From an uncultured Pseudomonadales bacterium (GTDB lineage Bacteria > Patescibacteriota > Microgenomatia > UBA1400 > UBA12028): a stretch of 64,000 bases of DNA. This document shows, in pieces, positions 9,996 to 19,072 of the stretch. The notes beneath the pieces are model-generated. The model did not search any database, was not told the origin of the DNA, and saw nothing but the letters and a program-made list of their open reading frames with translations. The stretch is from positions 80,143 through 144,142 of the forward strand of contig CAZDWN010000001.1 in assembly GCA_964509365.1 (NCBI GenBank), given 5' to 3'. Both the position numbers and the translations under genes were made by a program. The stretch's first letter is position 1. Each line of letters starts with the position of its first letter.

Positions 9996-10025
9996 CTGAT
10001 CCTACTAGTCTGCTGATCTCCTGGC
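9988..10025. repeat. GATC-rich octamer tandem repeat (family member) at the secD/secF junction
   Basis: ctggtcaactgatcctactagtctgctgatctcctgg. Confidence 0.5.
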
Positions 10026-11446
10026 TTCCGGTAAAACAATCTCATAAATACTCGCAATACGACCATGCCAGTAAACAAATTGAGGAGGATACCGAGTGCA
10101 AGCGTCAGTGCGAATCCGCGCACCATCCCGGATGTATTGAGGAATGACCAGTCAAATGGATTTGCGAGCAAAAATGCACTGATGAGCGTCACACCGTTCG
10201 CATCTTTGATGGATCCCCAAGCTCTACTAAAGGATCGATTGAGGATCGACACTGTCGTGCCGCGTGGATTGGTCTGTTCTTCTCGCAAGCGTTCAAAGAC
10301 GAGGATTTGCGTATCGACCGCCATTCCGACAGAAAGCAAAAATCCTGCAATACTTGGAAGTGACAGTGTCACGGGGACGAGTTTGTAGAGAGCGAGCGTG
10401 AGGATCCCGTAATAGACGAGCGCGACTGCCCCAATTGCTCCGGTGGCACCATAGAGACAGAGCAAGAAGAGAATCACGAGCCCGATACCGACGAGCCCAC
10501 TGCGCACCGATGTACTCACATACTGGCTCCCCAGAGTGGCTCCCACGGTGCGTTGCGAGAGGACTGAGATCGGTGCGGGGAGACTTCCCGCATTGAGTGT
10601 CGACGCGAGGCTTTGCGCTTCCTTGGTCGTAAAGTTTCCGGAGATTTGAGCGCGTCCATCGGTGATCTCGTTTTGGACGGTTGGTGCATTGATCGCAAAT
10701 TCGTCCATGAAAATTGCGAGCGGCTTTCCGATGTTTCGTTTCGTAATGGCGGCGAATTTTGTAGCCCCATCTTTTGAAAATTCAAGACCTATGATTGGCT
10801 TACCAGAGTTTTGATCGATTTGGACCAGTGCACGCGCGAGGTCCTTTCCAGTCAGATCGGTCTTCACAAAGTCCGTGACTTTCATTCCTGATGGACTCGC
10901 GTTTTTTGCGGAGTCTGTCGCAGGCTTGTACTCACGAAAATCGAGTTGTGCGGTGGAACCGATGAGCGACATGACCGAATCAGATTCGGTGATTCCTGGG
11001 ATCGTCGCGATCAATCGATAGGAGTTATTGGTTTTCGCAGTGGTGACACTACTCTCAGCCAGTCCATACAGATCCACGCGTCGCGCTATCACTTCTTTGG
11101 CACTTTCCAATGCACGATCACGGTCTTCTGCTTTGATCTCTTTCATGTCCACTTGCATGACGACTTCACTGCCACCTTTGACGTCCAGTCCATACCGGAA
11201 TTCAAGATCGCGCTGAAATTGTGTGCCAAAAAGTGTGAAAGATATATTGGGACGCGAAAGTGTAAATGGGATACTGACTGCGATCGGCAGATTTTTGCAC
11301 CCCGCTTCATACGGCACGTTGAGCACTCTACAAATATTTTTCTTCCCAAAGTCGAGCCGTGTGGCGCTTGGCAACAATAAGATGCTTGCGAGCACGAGGA
11401 TCGCGAGCAGGATGAGGTAGTAACGAAATGCTGATAAAAAAGACAT
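9992..11446 (-). CDS. secD: protein translocase subunit SecD
   Basis: N-terminal TM, periplasmic domain and a C-terminal six-TM bundle; the listed C terminus (GDQQTSRIS) is read out of the intergenic GATC repeat and may be shorter. Confidence 0.8.
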   Translation of the reverse strand: MSFLSAFRYYLILLAILVLASILLLPSATRLDFGKKNICRVLNVPYEAGCKNLPIAVSIPFTLSRPNISFTLFGTQFQRDLEFRYGLDVKGGSEVVMQVDMKEIKAEDRDRALESAKEVIARRVDLYGLAESSVTTAKTNNSYRLIATIPGITESDSVMSLIGSTAQLDFREYKPATDSAKNASPSGMKVTDFVKTDLTGKDLARALVQIDQNSGKPIIGLEFSKDGATKFAAITKRNIGKPLAIFMDEFAINAPTVQNEITDGRAQISGNFTTKEAQSLASTLNAGSLPAPISVLSQRTVGATLGSQYVSTSVRSGLVGIGLVILFLLCLYGATGAIGAVALVYYGILTLALYKLVPVTLSLPSIAGFLLSVGMAVDTQILVFERLREEQTNPRGTTVSILNRSFSRAWGSIKDANGVTLISAFLLANPFDWSFLNTSGMVRGFALTLALGILLNLFTGMVVLRVFMRLFYRKPGDQQTSRIS

Positions 11447-11468
11447 AATTACAAATTGACTTACAAGA

Positions 11469-12077
11469 CTATCCGTTAGTTCCTAACTGCGGTTTCACTT
11501 CTAAGAGCCCATCTTCATCTCCGATGATCATCACGCGCCCACCAGCAAGCAAGTCTCGCAAAAATGGATCACGACGAATTTTACGGAACTCAAACTCTTC
11601 ACCCGTGAGCACAGTGTAGTTTATTTCATGACCACGTTTGGTTTCTTCCTCTTTGACGAGAGCTGAGAGTTCGGGGATGACGACTTGTCCGATGACGAGG
11701 ATATCGACATCCGTATTTTTATGAGGTAATCGTCTGGCAAAGGTCCCAGAGAACATAATATATTGGACATCACCGAGTTTCTTGCGATTCTTTTTGAGAT
11801 CTCTCCCGAGCCCAGTTGTCTTCGCTACAAGAGTCAGTAAATCAGGAAAGAAATCATATTGAGGATTGAGGCAGTAGTACAGTCGATTCCCGCGCTCTTC
11901 ACTCCTGACCATCCCGACTTCTTGCATACGTGACAGTTCACGGCGGACGGCATTGATTTCTTCGCCGACGAGTCGGGTCAGTTCACGTACATACCACATC
12001 TCTTCAGGTTTTTGGAAAAACAGTTCGATCAGTTCGACGCGAACTTTTGAGAGCATGAAATCTGAGAGGTGTGCCAT
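11469..12077 (-). CDS. wHTH-fused nucleotidyltransferase (MNT / Pol-beta superfamily)
   Basis: N-terminal winged-helix-like segment; FSGTFARRL...DVDILV matches the GS...D.D NTase motif. Confidence 0.5.
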   Translation of the reverse strand: MAHLSDFMLSKVRVELIELFFQKPEEMWYVRELTRLVGEEINAVRRELSRMQEVGMVRSEERGNRLYYCLNPQYDFFPDLLTLVAKTTGLGRDLKKNRKKLGDVQYIMFSGTFARRLPHKNTDVDILVIGQVVIPELSALVKEEETKRGHEINYTVLTGEEFEFRKIRRDPFLRDLLAGGRVMIIGDEDGLLEVKPQLGTNG

Positions 12078-12145
12078 AGCGTGGTACTACCATACACCGA
12101 GTACAAATAGGTTTCAATATGGTGAAATGGGCGTCGACGTGCTAC

Positions 12146-12289
12146 CTAGCGAGACATGTACGCTTTGCTGGTCGTCGTTTGTGGCTGCTGCACGCCGGAG
12201 ATCGTCGCGAGAGCACCACCGATGAGCACAAAGGCGATGAAGCCACTGAGGACAAATGTGAGGAATGGATGTCGGCTGAGATTTTTCAT
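12146..12289 (-). CDS. putative 47-aa single-TM small protein (below the ORF-track cutoff)
   Basis: ATG at 12289 to TAG at 12146; MKNLSRHPFLTFVLSGFIAFVLIGGALATISG... with a hydrophobic core. Confidence 0.25.
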   Translation of the reverse strand: MKNLSRHPFLTFVLSGFIAFVLIGGALATISGVQQPQTTTSKAYMSR

Positions 12290-12395
12290 ATATATCTAGC
12301 TTAGAGAATTGTTGATATCAGGTCAATAACATATTCGTTCGTGTCTACAGAAAGCGCAGTAAAGCTTTTTTTTAGTCGCAAGTAGAATTACAGCG

Positions 12396-12430
12396 CGCAG
12401 GTATGTCCTTACTGGACGACACGAGCACTG
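12396..12430. repeat. 35-nt conserved intergenic element, copy 1 (cgcaggtatgtccttactggacgacacgagcactg)
   Basis: 34 of 35 nt identical to 35072-35106. Confidence 0.55.
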
Positions 12431-12465
12431 TTAATTCGCTTGCGACGAATAAAGTGACGAAGCAA

Positions 12466-13680
12466 CTATTGAGCGGTGACTGTAGCGGCCTCAGGCACGA
12501 CACTGATCCAGATTTTCCCTCTCACGAGTTTGATCGGCTGACCTTTTTTATCAGTAAGCGTGAGTCGCGAGACGCGATCCTTCTTGCTCCAGACTGCGTC
12601 GATCTGTTGTCCATTTTGGAAGATCGTAGCCTTCCCTGTTCCGTTGGTCTTGTAGTACATGTGCTTGTGCACATCGACTGGTCCTTCTTCATGTTCGAAG
12701 AGAATGATCACGTTTTTTGCAGTGAGCTGCTTCTGATCATTTTGATCGACATGCTTCTCTCCGGCGAGACTGCGAAAGTATGCGTTGGTGACGGCATCGT
12801 AGTCCCACTGTACCGCAAAGTCCTTAAATCCTGCCCAGAATTCATAGGAGACTGCTTTCACCGTGCCGCGCTTATCGGTTGCCGCATCATCTTGGAATGC
12901 CCACTTGGTAAATCCAGTCATCCAGTCAGTTCCTTTACTATCCACATTGGTAAGGGTTCGTTTGGTAGCGGCATAATTCCACAGTCGTTCGGTCGAAGCT
13001 TCCATGGTGTGCTCCGTTGCCAATTCTCTTCCAGCTCCGAGACGATCATAGTTTCGCACAAAGACTGGGTACCCGATGGAGAACTGGTTGAGATCATTCT
13101 TCCCAGTCCAACCATAGTCAGTGAGATGCTCGAGCGCGCGGACACGAGTATCGGTATCCGTCCCATTTGATCCGCCGACGTGCGTATAGAGTGGGTAGTT
13201 ATATTCAGAGGCGTAGTCGATAAACATTTGACGAGCACTTCGCACTGGAGCGACGATCGCATCTTTTTGTTGCGCCTGACAGTAAAATCCTGCCATGAAT
13301 CGAGTGATGCCGCCTTCGACGACAGCTTCATACACGATATCAGCCGATCCAAGTCCTGATTGTGGCCTCGCTTCTGGATGATTTTCGATCATGACAAAGA
13401 GCGGACGACGCTTCATCCAAGCATCTTTGACTTTGGTACTATATTTTTCTCCGTTGATTGGACATTCTTCGGTTTTTGGAAGACTGTCGTCACTGCCGAC
13501 TCCACCACTACTCTTTGGGACCGATGGGGAGATGAGATTCTCGACGAGTGAGCCTCCAGTGAGACTACTGACGAGCGAACTTCCACCAGATGATCCGAGC
13601 GCCAGACGAAATCCCCCAAATGAGAGGACACTTGCGGCGATATAAGCTGCGACCAAGATACCGATATGTTGTGGTTTCAT
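12466..13680 (-). CDS. secreted or lipoprotein-like protein, possibly DUF3048/YerB-like
   Basis: N-terminal hydrophobic segment plus a Gly/Ser-rich linker; family assignment is from memory only. Confidence 0.4.
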   Translation of the reverse strand: MKPQHIGILVAAYIAASVLSFGGFRLALGSSGGSSLVSSLTGGSLVENLISPSVPKSSGGVGSDDSLPKTEECPINGEKYSTKVKDAWMKRRPLFVMIENHPEARPQSGLGSADIVYEAVVEGGITRFMAGFYCQAQQKDAIVAPVRSARQMFIDYASEYNYPLYTHVGGSNGTDTDTRVRALEHLTDYGWTGKNDLNQFSIGYPVFVRNYDRLGAGRELATEHTMEASTERLWNYAATKRTLTNVDSKGTDWMTGFTKWAFQDDAATDKRGTVKAVSYEFWAGFKDFAVQWDYDAVTNAYFRSLAGEKHVDQNDQKQLTAKNVIILFEHEEGPVDVHKHMYYKTNGTGKATIFQNGQQIDAVWSKKDRVSRLTLTDKKGQPIKLVRGKIWISVVPEAATVTAQ

Positions 13681-13809
13681 AAGAGTCTTCCCTTTACTTC
13701 TCCAAAAAAGTCAGCGTAAGCAATAATCGTACCATCTGTCATCCTGGCTTGTCCAGGATCTTTGTTTGATTCTTGACCCTTTGCCCTTTGCGCTTTACCC
13801 TTCAGTCAT

Positions 13810-14031
13810 ATGGCCATCCAACGTCAAGCAGAAAACCCAGGTGAATCGCTCGTGATCGGCGAGCCGTTTCACTACTCTATTAAACCGAGCAAGAAAAAAG
13901 TGACCGCCCCAGTCGCGGCCAGTGAGCCGGCGCATACGGTGGAGTCAGTCAAAAAAGACTTAGTCTATACGGCCGCAGTGTTTATTGGGATCTTGATTCT
14001 TTTAGGCGCGATGTACTTCAAATTCCGCTAG
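13810..14031 (+). CDS. hypothetical small C-terminally TM-anchored protein
   Basis: 73 aa with a C-terminal hydrophobic helix; no clear SD. Confidence 0.3.
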   Translation: MAIQRQAENPGESLVIGEPFHYSIKPSKKKVTAPVAASEPAHTVESVKKDLVYTAAVFIGILILLGAMYFKFR

Positions 14032-14032
14032 T

Positions 14033-15469
14033 TTACGGGAACCACACAGTTCCAGTGATCGATCCAGAAGCTGGTCTTGGAAGAATAAAAACAGAGCAAC
14101 TATCGGCGTTGAGAATTCCTAGTGTTGGATTGGTATTTTGTTGGACATACCCAAGCAAACCTTTTCCATCAAGTGACCAAGTGTTTGAAGCTTGATTCAT
14201 TGCCACTCTATTGGTCCAGCCAAAGTACGAATAGTCAAAGTCACCTTCGCATCGTGTTGTCGACATCGTGTCAGAATCCATGAGTTCCGTGACATACTGT
14301 GCACCGGTCTTCCCCGCTATTTTCTTGGCGTCCTTTGATAGCACGAGCGATTGACCATATGTCGCGAAACCGCGTTTCTCCTTTGTTTTTGTATCGATCA
14401 CCACATTCGAAGGCGTCGCATTAAAATCGTTGAAATACAGCTTCGCCGAATCGGGACTAAATGCGACCGGCGCGCCAACTGGCAATGTATCGAGAGGATC
14501 GTTTTTGAGAGCTTTCTCGAGGACGATATCTTCTTTGCTCGTCACGTCGAGCAGGTGGAGCGCACCACCACTCAGGTACGAAACATATGCACCATTATCA
14601 GACCACAGCGGGAGCAGTGGGACGGTGGCATCAGGGACATGTTGAATCGTATCGACATTAGTCGCTATTACTTGGCGATTGGTTCCGTCGGGAGTGGTGA
14701 GGATCAAATTCTTGTTTTCGACATACGAGATATTTCCTTCTCTCATCCATTGGATCGGCGAGACCGGCGAGTCATCGGTTGCCGCGATATGAAATACTTC
14801 TTCACCGGTTTCACTCGTGATGATTCTTGATTCCTTTCCACTGTCGATCCAAATAGATACATAGCGCTCATCCGGAGACCAGCTTGGATAATAATTTTGA
14901 TGTTGACTATAGGAGATGAGCGTCATGATTTTCCCAGTGGACAGATCGACCACTCCGACGCCGCTATTGAGTGATGTATTTGTTTTGGTATCTGAGAGTT
15001 TGGCTCGATCTTTTGGGAAAAATGAGTACGCGATTTTCGTCCCCGTAGGAGAGATACTCAAGTCAAACCTGTTATTTTCATCATTGGTCTCACGTTTAAG
15101 TTGCGTCCCATCTGCCTCCTCAGTCCAGATTTGTCCATCCACAATATACGCGAGTTTTCCTCGCGCTGCCGACGCGGAAGCGATCGGAAGCTGCCTAATC
15201 TCAGGACTTGGAACAGGTGAATCTGTAGGATTGACTTGAGCAATTTGTTTCTGCGTTTCCTTCACAATATCTTTGACGACTTGCGGCCTGGCCTCTACGT
15301 CAAAAAAGAGCCAGATAGGGAGCGCAAGACACAGTGCGAGCACGGCGAAGACGACAAGTGTCGTCCGGATGCGTTTACTTTTGTTTGAGACCATTTTTCT
15401 AGGAATTACTGTAGGTTCGGAGAGTTCTTCGTCAGGTGCTTGGATTTCTTCTGGAGTGACCATAGGCAA
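14033..15469 (-). CDS. membrane-anchored TolB-like beta-propeller (PD40 repeat) protein
   Basis: N-terminal TM; repeated SPDG/WSPD-type blades (PSWSPDERYVSIW, ISPTGTKIAYS). Confidence 0.55.
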   Translation of the reverse strand: MPMVTPEEIQAPDEELSEPTVIPRKMVSNKSKRIRTTLVVFAVLALCLALPIWLFFDVEARPQVVKDIVKETQKQIAQVNPTDSPVPSPEIRQLPIASASAARGKLAYIVDGQIWTEEADGTQLKRETNDENNRFDLSISPTGTKIAYSFFPKDRAKLSDTKTNTSLNSGVGVVDLSTGKIMTLISYSQHQNYYPSWSPDERYVSIWIDSGKESRIITSETGEEVFHIAATDDSPVSPIQWMREGNISYVENKNLILTTPDGTNRQVIATNVDTIQHVPDATVPLLPLWSDNGAYVSYLSGGALHLLDVTSKEDIVLEKALKNDPLDTLPVGAPVAFSPDSAKLYFNDFNATPSNVVIDTKTKEKRGFATYGQSLVLSKDAKKIAGKTGAQYVTELMDSDTMSTTRCEGDFDYSYFGWTNRVAMNQASNTWSLDGKGLLGYVQQNTNPTLGILNADSCSVFILPRPASGSITGTVWFP

Positions 15470-15495
15470 GCTCTAGTATTTCAACTTACTCCACG

Positions 15496-16563
15496 CTAGT
15501 CAATCAGCTTCCCATTTTTCATGATGACGATGCCGTCGACAGTGATACTCGTCCCTGGAGTTCGCATTTCTTTGACGATATCGACGTGCATTGCAGACTT
15601 GTTGATTCCGCCGCATTCCGCATAGGCTTCCCCAAAAGCTATATGGATGGTCCCTTCGATCTTTTCATCAAAGAGTGTATTGTACATATACTTGGTGATC
15701 CCTGGATTCATGCCGATCGCAAATTCACCAAGAGTGCGAGCTCCGGTGTCGGTATCGAGCATAGAGAGCAAGAGGTCTTCATGCTCACTGGCTGTTGCTT
15801 TGACGATCCTGCCTTTTTCAAACCAAAATCGGATATCACGGATGAGTTTTCCCGATCGCAAAAGTGGGAACTCAAAATACACGTGTCCTTCGACCGAGGT
15901 ATCGACTGGCGCAGTGAAGACTTCCCCGCCCGGCATATTGCATTCCCCATTGTCAGGGATAAATGTGCGACCTTTGGCAGAGAGCGTGAGATCCGTTTCC
16001 TTGCCGATGACGTGAATCAGTTTGGCATTTGTCAGTTTTTTGGCGAGCTTGGTATAGCGTTTCCCTTCTTGTTTCCAATCCCTCAGGGTCGAGTCAAAGT
16101 AAAAGTCTTCAAATGCTTTGGTACTCATGCCTGCATCTTGCGCAAGCGACGGAGTCGGCACATACGTGAGTACCCAAGGCTTCGTCATGGTGACAGCTCT
16201 GATTTTCTTTTTTTGCTGGATGTGGAGCGAAAATTTCTTTGGATCGACGGTAGCGAGTGAGCGAGAGTTTTCCTCACCATACAAGGTGATGATCTTGTCA
16301 GCCCAATCGACGATAAACTCTTCGATCACTGGTTGTGAAGTGAGCTGATGCGCATTGGCGTGTGCAAAGTAGGTAGGAGTTACGGTATCGTCAGTGATAT
16401 CCAGATACGGGAGACATCCGAGTTTCACTGCTTCTTCATAGACTTCGCGAGCGAGCATCAGTGTCGGCAGACCGATGCAGCGGATCCAGACTTTGTCGCC
16501 GTGTTTTGCCATGACACTGTAGTCTAGGAGAAGTTTCGCTAGCTGATTGTATCGATTATCCAT
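15496..16563 (-). CDS. M29-family aminopeptidase (AmpS / aminopeptidase T-like)
   Basis: N-terminal LAKLLLDYSV...GDKVWI and C-terminal HIAFGEAY...HVD pattern typical of M29. Confidence 0.6.
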   Translation of the reverse strand: MDNRYNQLAKLLLDYSVMAKHGDKVWIRCIGLPTLMLAREVYEEAVKLGCLPYLDITDDTVTPTYFAHANAHQLTSQPVIEEFIVDWADKIITLYGEENSRSLATVDPKKFSLHIQQKKKIRAVTMTKPWVLTYVPTPSLAQDAGMSTKAFEDFYFDSTLRDWKQEGKRYTKLAKKLTNAKLIHVIGKETDLTLSAKGRTFIPDNGECNMPGGEVFTAPVDTSVEGHVYFEFPLLRSGKLIRDIRFWFEKGRIVKATASEHEDLLLSMLDTDTGARTLGEFAIGMNPGITKYMYNTLFDEKIEGTIHIAFGEAYAECGGINKSAMHVDIVKEMRTPGTSITVDGIVIMKNGKLID

Positions 16564-16581
16564 ATATAGTTTTCTTTGTGA

Positions 16582-17172
16582 TTACATGATGTTTGCCATG
16601 AGCCATGTTCGCAGTTGTTCTGCTGCTTTTGCTCTATGACTGATCTTATTTTTTTCTTCCGTCCCGATCTCTGCCATCGTTTTGTGATACCCGGTTGGGA
16701 CGAAGATCGGGTCATATCCAAATCCATCATTCCCCATCATTTCTGTGGTGATGATTCCCTTCACTTCTCCGCGAAAGATATGCTTCTCATTTTTCGTAGG
16801 GTCATAGAGGACGATGACGGAGACAAACTTTGCGTTGCGATCTTCTTTACCTTCGAGCTCTTTGAGCATGTGGCGGCAGCGATCTTGATCTGAGCCTTTG
16901 ATGTATCGAGCGGAGTGCACTCCTGGTTTCCCTCCGAGTGCTTCGACTTCGATTCCGCTGTCATCAGAGATCGTAAGGTGGTGACACATATCGCCGACCG
17001 TTATCGCTTTGAGGAAGGCGTTGCCTTCGTACGTCGGAGCTGTCTCATCGACTTCCAGCTTCGCCATGCCCACTTCGTCTAGCGTCATCAGTTTTACGGT
17101 TTCCAGATGCAGGAGATGATTGAACTCATGGACTTTGCCTTTGTTGTGTGACGCGACGACGATGTTTGTCAT
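16582..17172 (-). CDS. rdgB: non-canonical purine NTP pyrophosphatase (RdgB/Ham1 ITPase)
   Basis: IVVASHNKGKVHEF N terminus and DPIF motif; 196 aa. Confidence 0.8.
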   Translation of the reverse strand: MTNIVVASHNKGKVHEFNHLLHLETVKLMTLDEVGMAKLEVDETAPTYEGNAFLKAITVGDMCHHLTISDDSGIEVEALGGKPGVHSARYIKGSDQDRCRHMLKELEGKEDRNAKFVSVIVLYDPTKNEKHIFRGEVKGIITTEMMGNDGFGYDPIFVPTGYHKTMAEIGTEEKNKISHRAKAAEQLRTWLMANIM

Positions 17173-17284
17173 GACTGATCTCCCCTAAAAACTAAGCTCT
17201 AACCACTAATAACTGATTGAAGTGATACTAGCGCATATCGAGAGACATGACAACGGAGGGAAAGCGCGATGCTAAAATGACCAG

Positions 17285-17914
17285 ATGAACGATGCGCTAA
17301 TTCCGACTGTGTTGAAGATCCTTGATGCCACCTACCCCACCATCCCGATGCATGAGGTTCATGGGCAAGATCCGTTTCAATTGCTCGTGGCCGTGATCCT
17401 GTCCCAGCGCTCGCGCGACAGCGTGACCGTGCCGACTGCGTCCAAGCTTTTTGCAGTCGCGAAGACGCCACAAGAGTTTGTGGACTTGCAGGTGGAGCGA
17501 CTTGAGGAACTGATACATGCCATAGGGTTTTACCATGAGAAAGCTATCGCGATTAAAACGATGTCACAGATGCTGCTAGATGACTTTGGGGGCCAAGTAC
17601 CAAAGACAGAAAAAGAACTCTTATCGCTGCCACATGTGGGCCGGAAGACCGCAAATATTATCTTAACGACGTTTTTTGATACACCGCAGATAGCGGTAGA
17701 TATCCATGTCCATCGGATCACCAATCGCTTAGGATGGGTTACGACGACGAAACCAGAACAGACTGAAAAAGAACTGACCAAGATTACCCCCAGGAAATTT
17801 CACTCAATTGTAAATCGAGTCTTTGTCGCGCATGGCCAGACGATTTGTCTGCCCCGGCATCCAAAGTGTGAACTCTGCCCTATTGAAAAGTATTGCGCCA
17901 AAGTTGGAGTGTAG
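17285..17914 (+). CDS. nth: endonuclease III (DNA glycosylase/AP lyase)
   Basis: HhH-GPD fold (LPHVGRKTANIIL) and a C-terminal 4Fe-4S Cys cluster CLPRHPKCELCP. Confidence 0.85.
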   Translation: MNDALIPTVLKILDATYPTIPMHEVHGQDPFQLLVAVILSQRSRDSVTVPTASKLFAVAKTPQEFVDLQVERLEELIHAIGFYHEKAIAIKTMSQMLLDDFGGQVPKTEKELLSLPHVGRKTANIILTTFFDTPQIAVDIHVHRITNRLGWVTTTKPEQTEKELTKITPRKFHSIVNRVFVAHGQTICLPRHPKCELCPIEKYCAKVGV

Positions 17915-17922
17915 CTCACAAC

Positions 17923-19008
17923 TTATTTGCCTAGAGTCACTACTATTGAAGTGGCTTTTGCGCTCTCACTAGCCGTAAAGGTCAGATCTTTGAGTGTGGA
18001 CTTTATCTCGGGGATCAGCGCTTTGTAGGCAGCTGGATACGAGATCGTGCCAGCAAGATCAGCATTTCCATTGCCGACTGTTCCCGTTGTAAAGCCAGCG
18101 GCTTTCAGGAGCGCCGCTTCTTTCGTCGCAAGGCCAGAAATCTTGGTCCCATTGAGGACATCGACTTTGACTTTCTTTTTGAGAAGCGCACTTTCTGATG
18201 CATTCAGGGTCGCACTTTCACTAGCGACTGGAGCTGTCGTACTCACTGGCGTCGGACGCGGTGTCGCGACGACTTCTGGAGTCGGAGTCGGGACACTGGT
18301 CGGACTAAAGAGATTGCGAGCGTAGAGGAAGAGCCCGCCGATCGCGAGGATGAGGACCGCGAGCACCATGAGGATGATACCAATCAGTTTCTTGTTATTC
18401 CCGCCCTCACTGGCGGCTTCATTGATCTCACCGACCACTGCTTGTGGTGCGACAGCTGAGGCATCCGCAAACATGTTTGGAGCTCCTTGCGGGATGCCAG
18501 GTTGCAACGGTTGAGTCTGCATCTGTTGCACTGGTTGGTTCATCCCATTTTTCAAATCATGTTCAAAAAATGATGGGAGTGTCGGCTCGGCGCTCATTCC
18601 CGCTGCTACAGGAGCTTGAGGTTGCATGACTGGAGCAACTTCCGGTTGAGGGGCGAGCACAAAAGGAGCGATATTCGAGACTTCCGGAGCTGCTTGCACT
18701 TGCGGCTGTATCGGCATCACTGGAGCCATTTGTGGCTGCGGCTCACTGACTGGCTGCTGCGACTGCCAGACTCTTTGGACTATCGGTTGCTGCGGTTCCG
18801 GAGCGTGCGGCGTTGGAGTCTCGGGTACTGGGGCTGTATACGAAGGAGGAGTTGGGGTAGGCATTTCTGGTTCCACATTTTCTATCTCGACGACCACCGG
18901 ACGACGAGCTGGTTGCAGTGACGGAGTCTCTGTTTGGTCCTCATCGAAGACATTGACGATAGGGACATTGTGTTTGGTGGTGTGTTTTGTGACAGGCTTG
19001 GGACTCAT
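17923..19008 (-). CDS. LytR_C-domain membrane protein with a Pro-rich linker
   Basis: C terminus KVDVLNGTKISGLATKEAALLKAAGF..YPAAY resembles the LytR C-terminal domain; the ORF track extends to 19179 but the Met at 19008 avoids overlap with the plus-strand gene. Confidence 0.5.
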   Translation of the reverse strand: MSPKPVTKHTTKHNVPIVNVFDEDQTETPSLQPARRPVVVEIENVEPEMPTPTPPSYTAPVPETPTPHAPEPQQPIVQRVWQSQQPVSEPQPQMAPVMPIQPQVQAAPEVSNIAPFVLAPQPEVAPVMQPQAPVAAGMSAEPTLPSFFEHDLKNGMNQPVQQMQTQPLQPGIPQGAPNMFADASAVAPQAVVGEINEAASEGGNNKKLIGIILMVLAVLILAIGGLFLYARNLFSPTSVPTPTPEVVATPRPTPVSTTAPVASESATLNASESALLKKKVKVDVLNGTKISGLATKEAALLKAAGFTTGTVGNGNADLAGTISYPAAYKALIPEIKSTLKDLTFTASESAKATSIVVTLGK

Positions 19009-19072
19009 AGTGTTTAGCGTAGCGCAAAGCGAAAGTGAGAGCAAGTCCAAAATGTTGTATGCTTGATCCACT

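Noticed and set aside
12403-13170. Other large antisense ORFs: 12403-13170 (+), 15586-16260 (+), 40332-40997 (+), 7041-7541 (+), 38025-38669 (+)
   Set aside because: Each lies fully inside a well-supported minus-strand gene (secreted protein, M29 aminopeptidase, SH3b protein, prs, rpsB), and none has conserved features.
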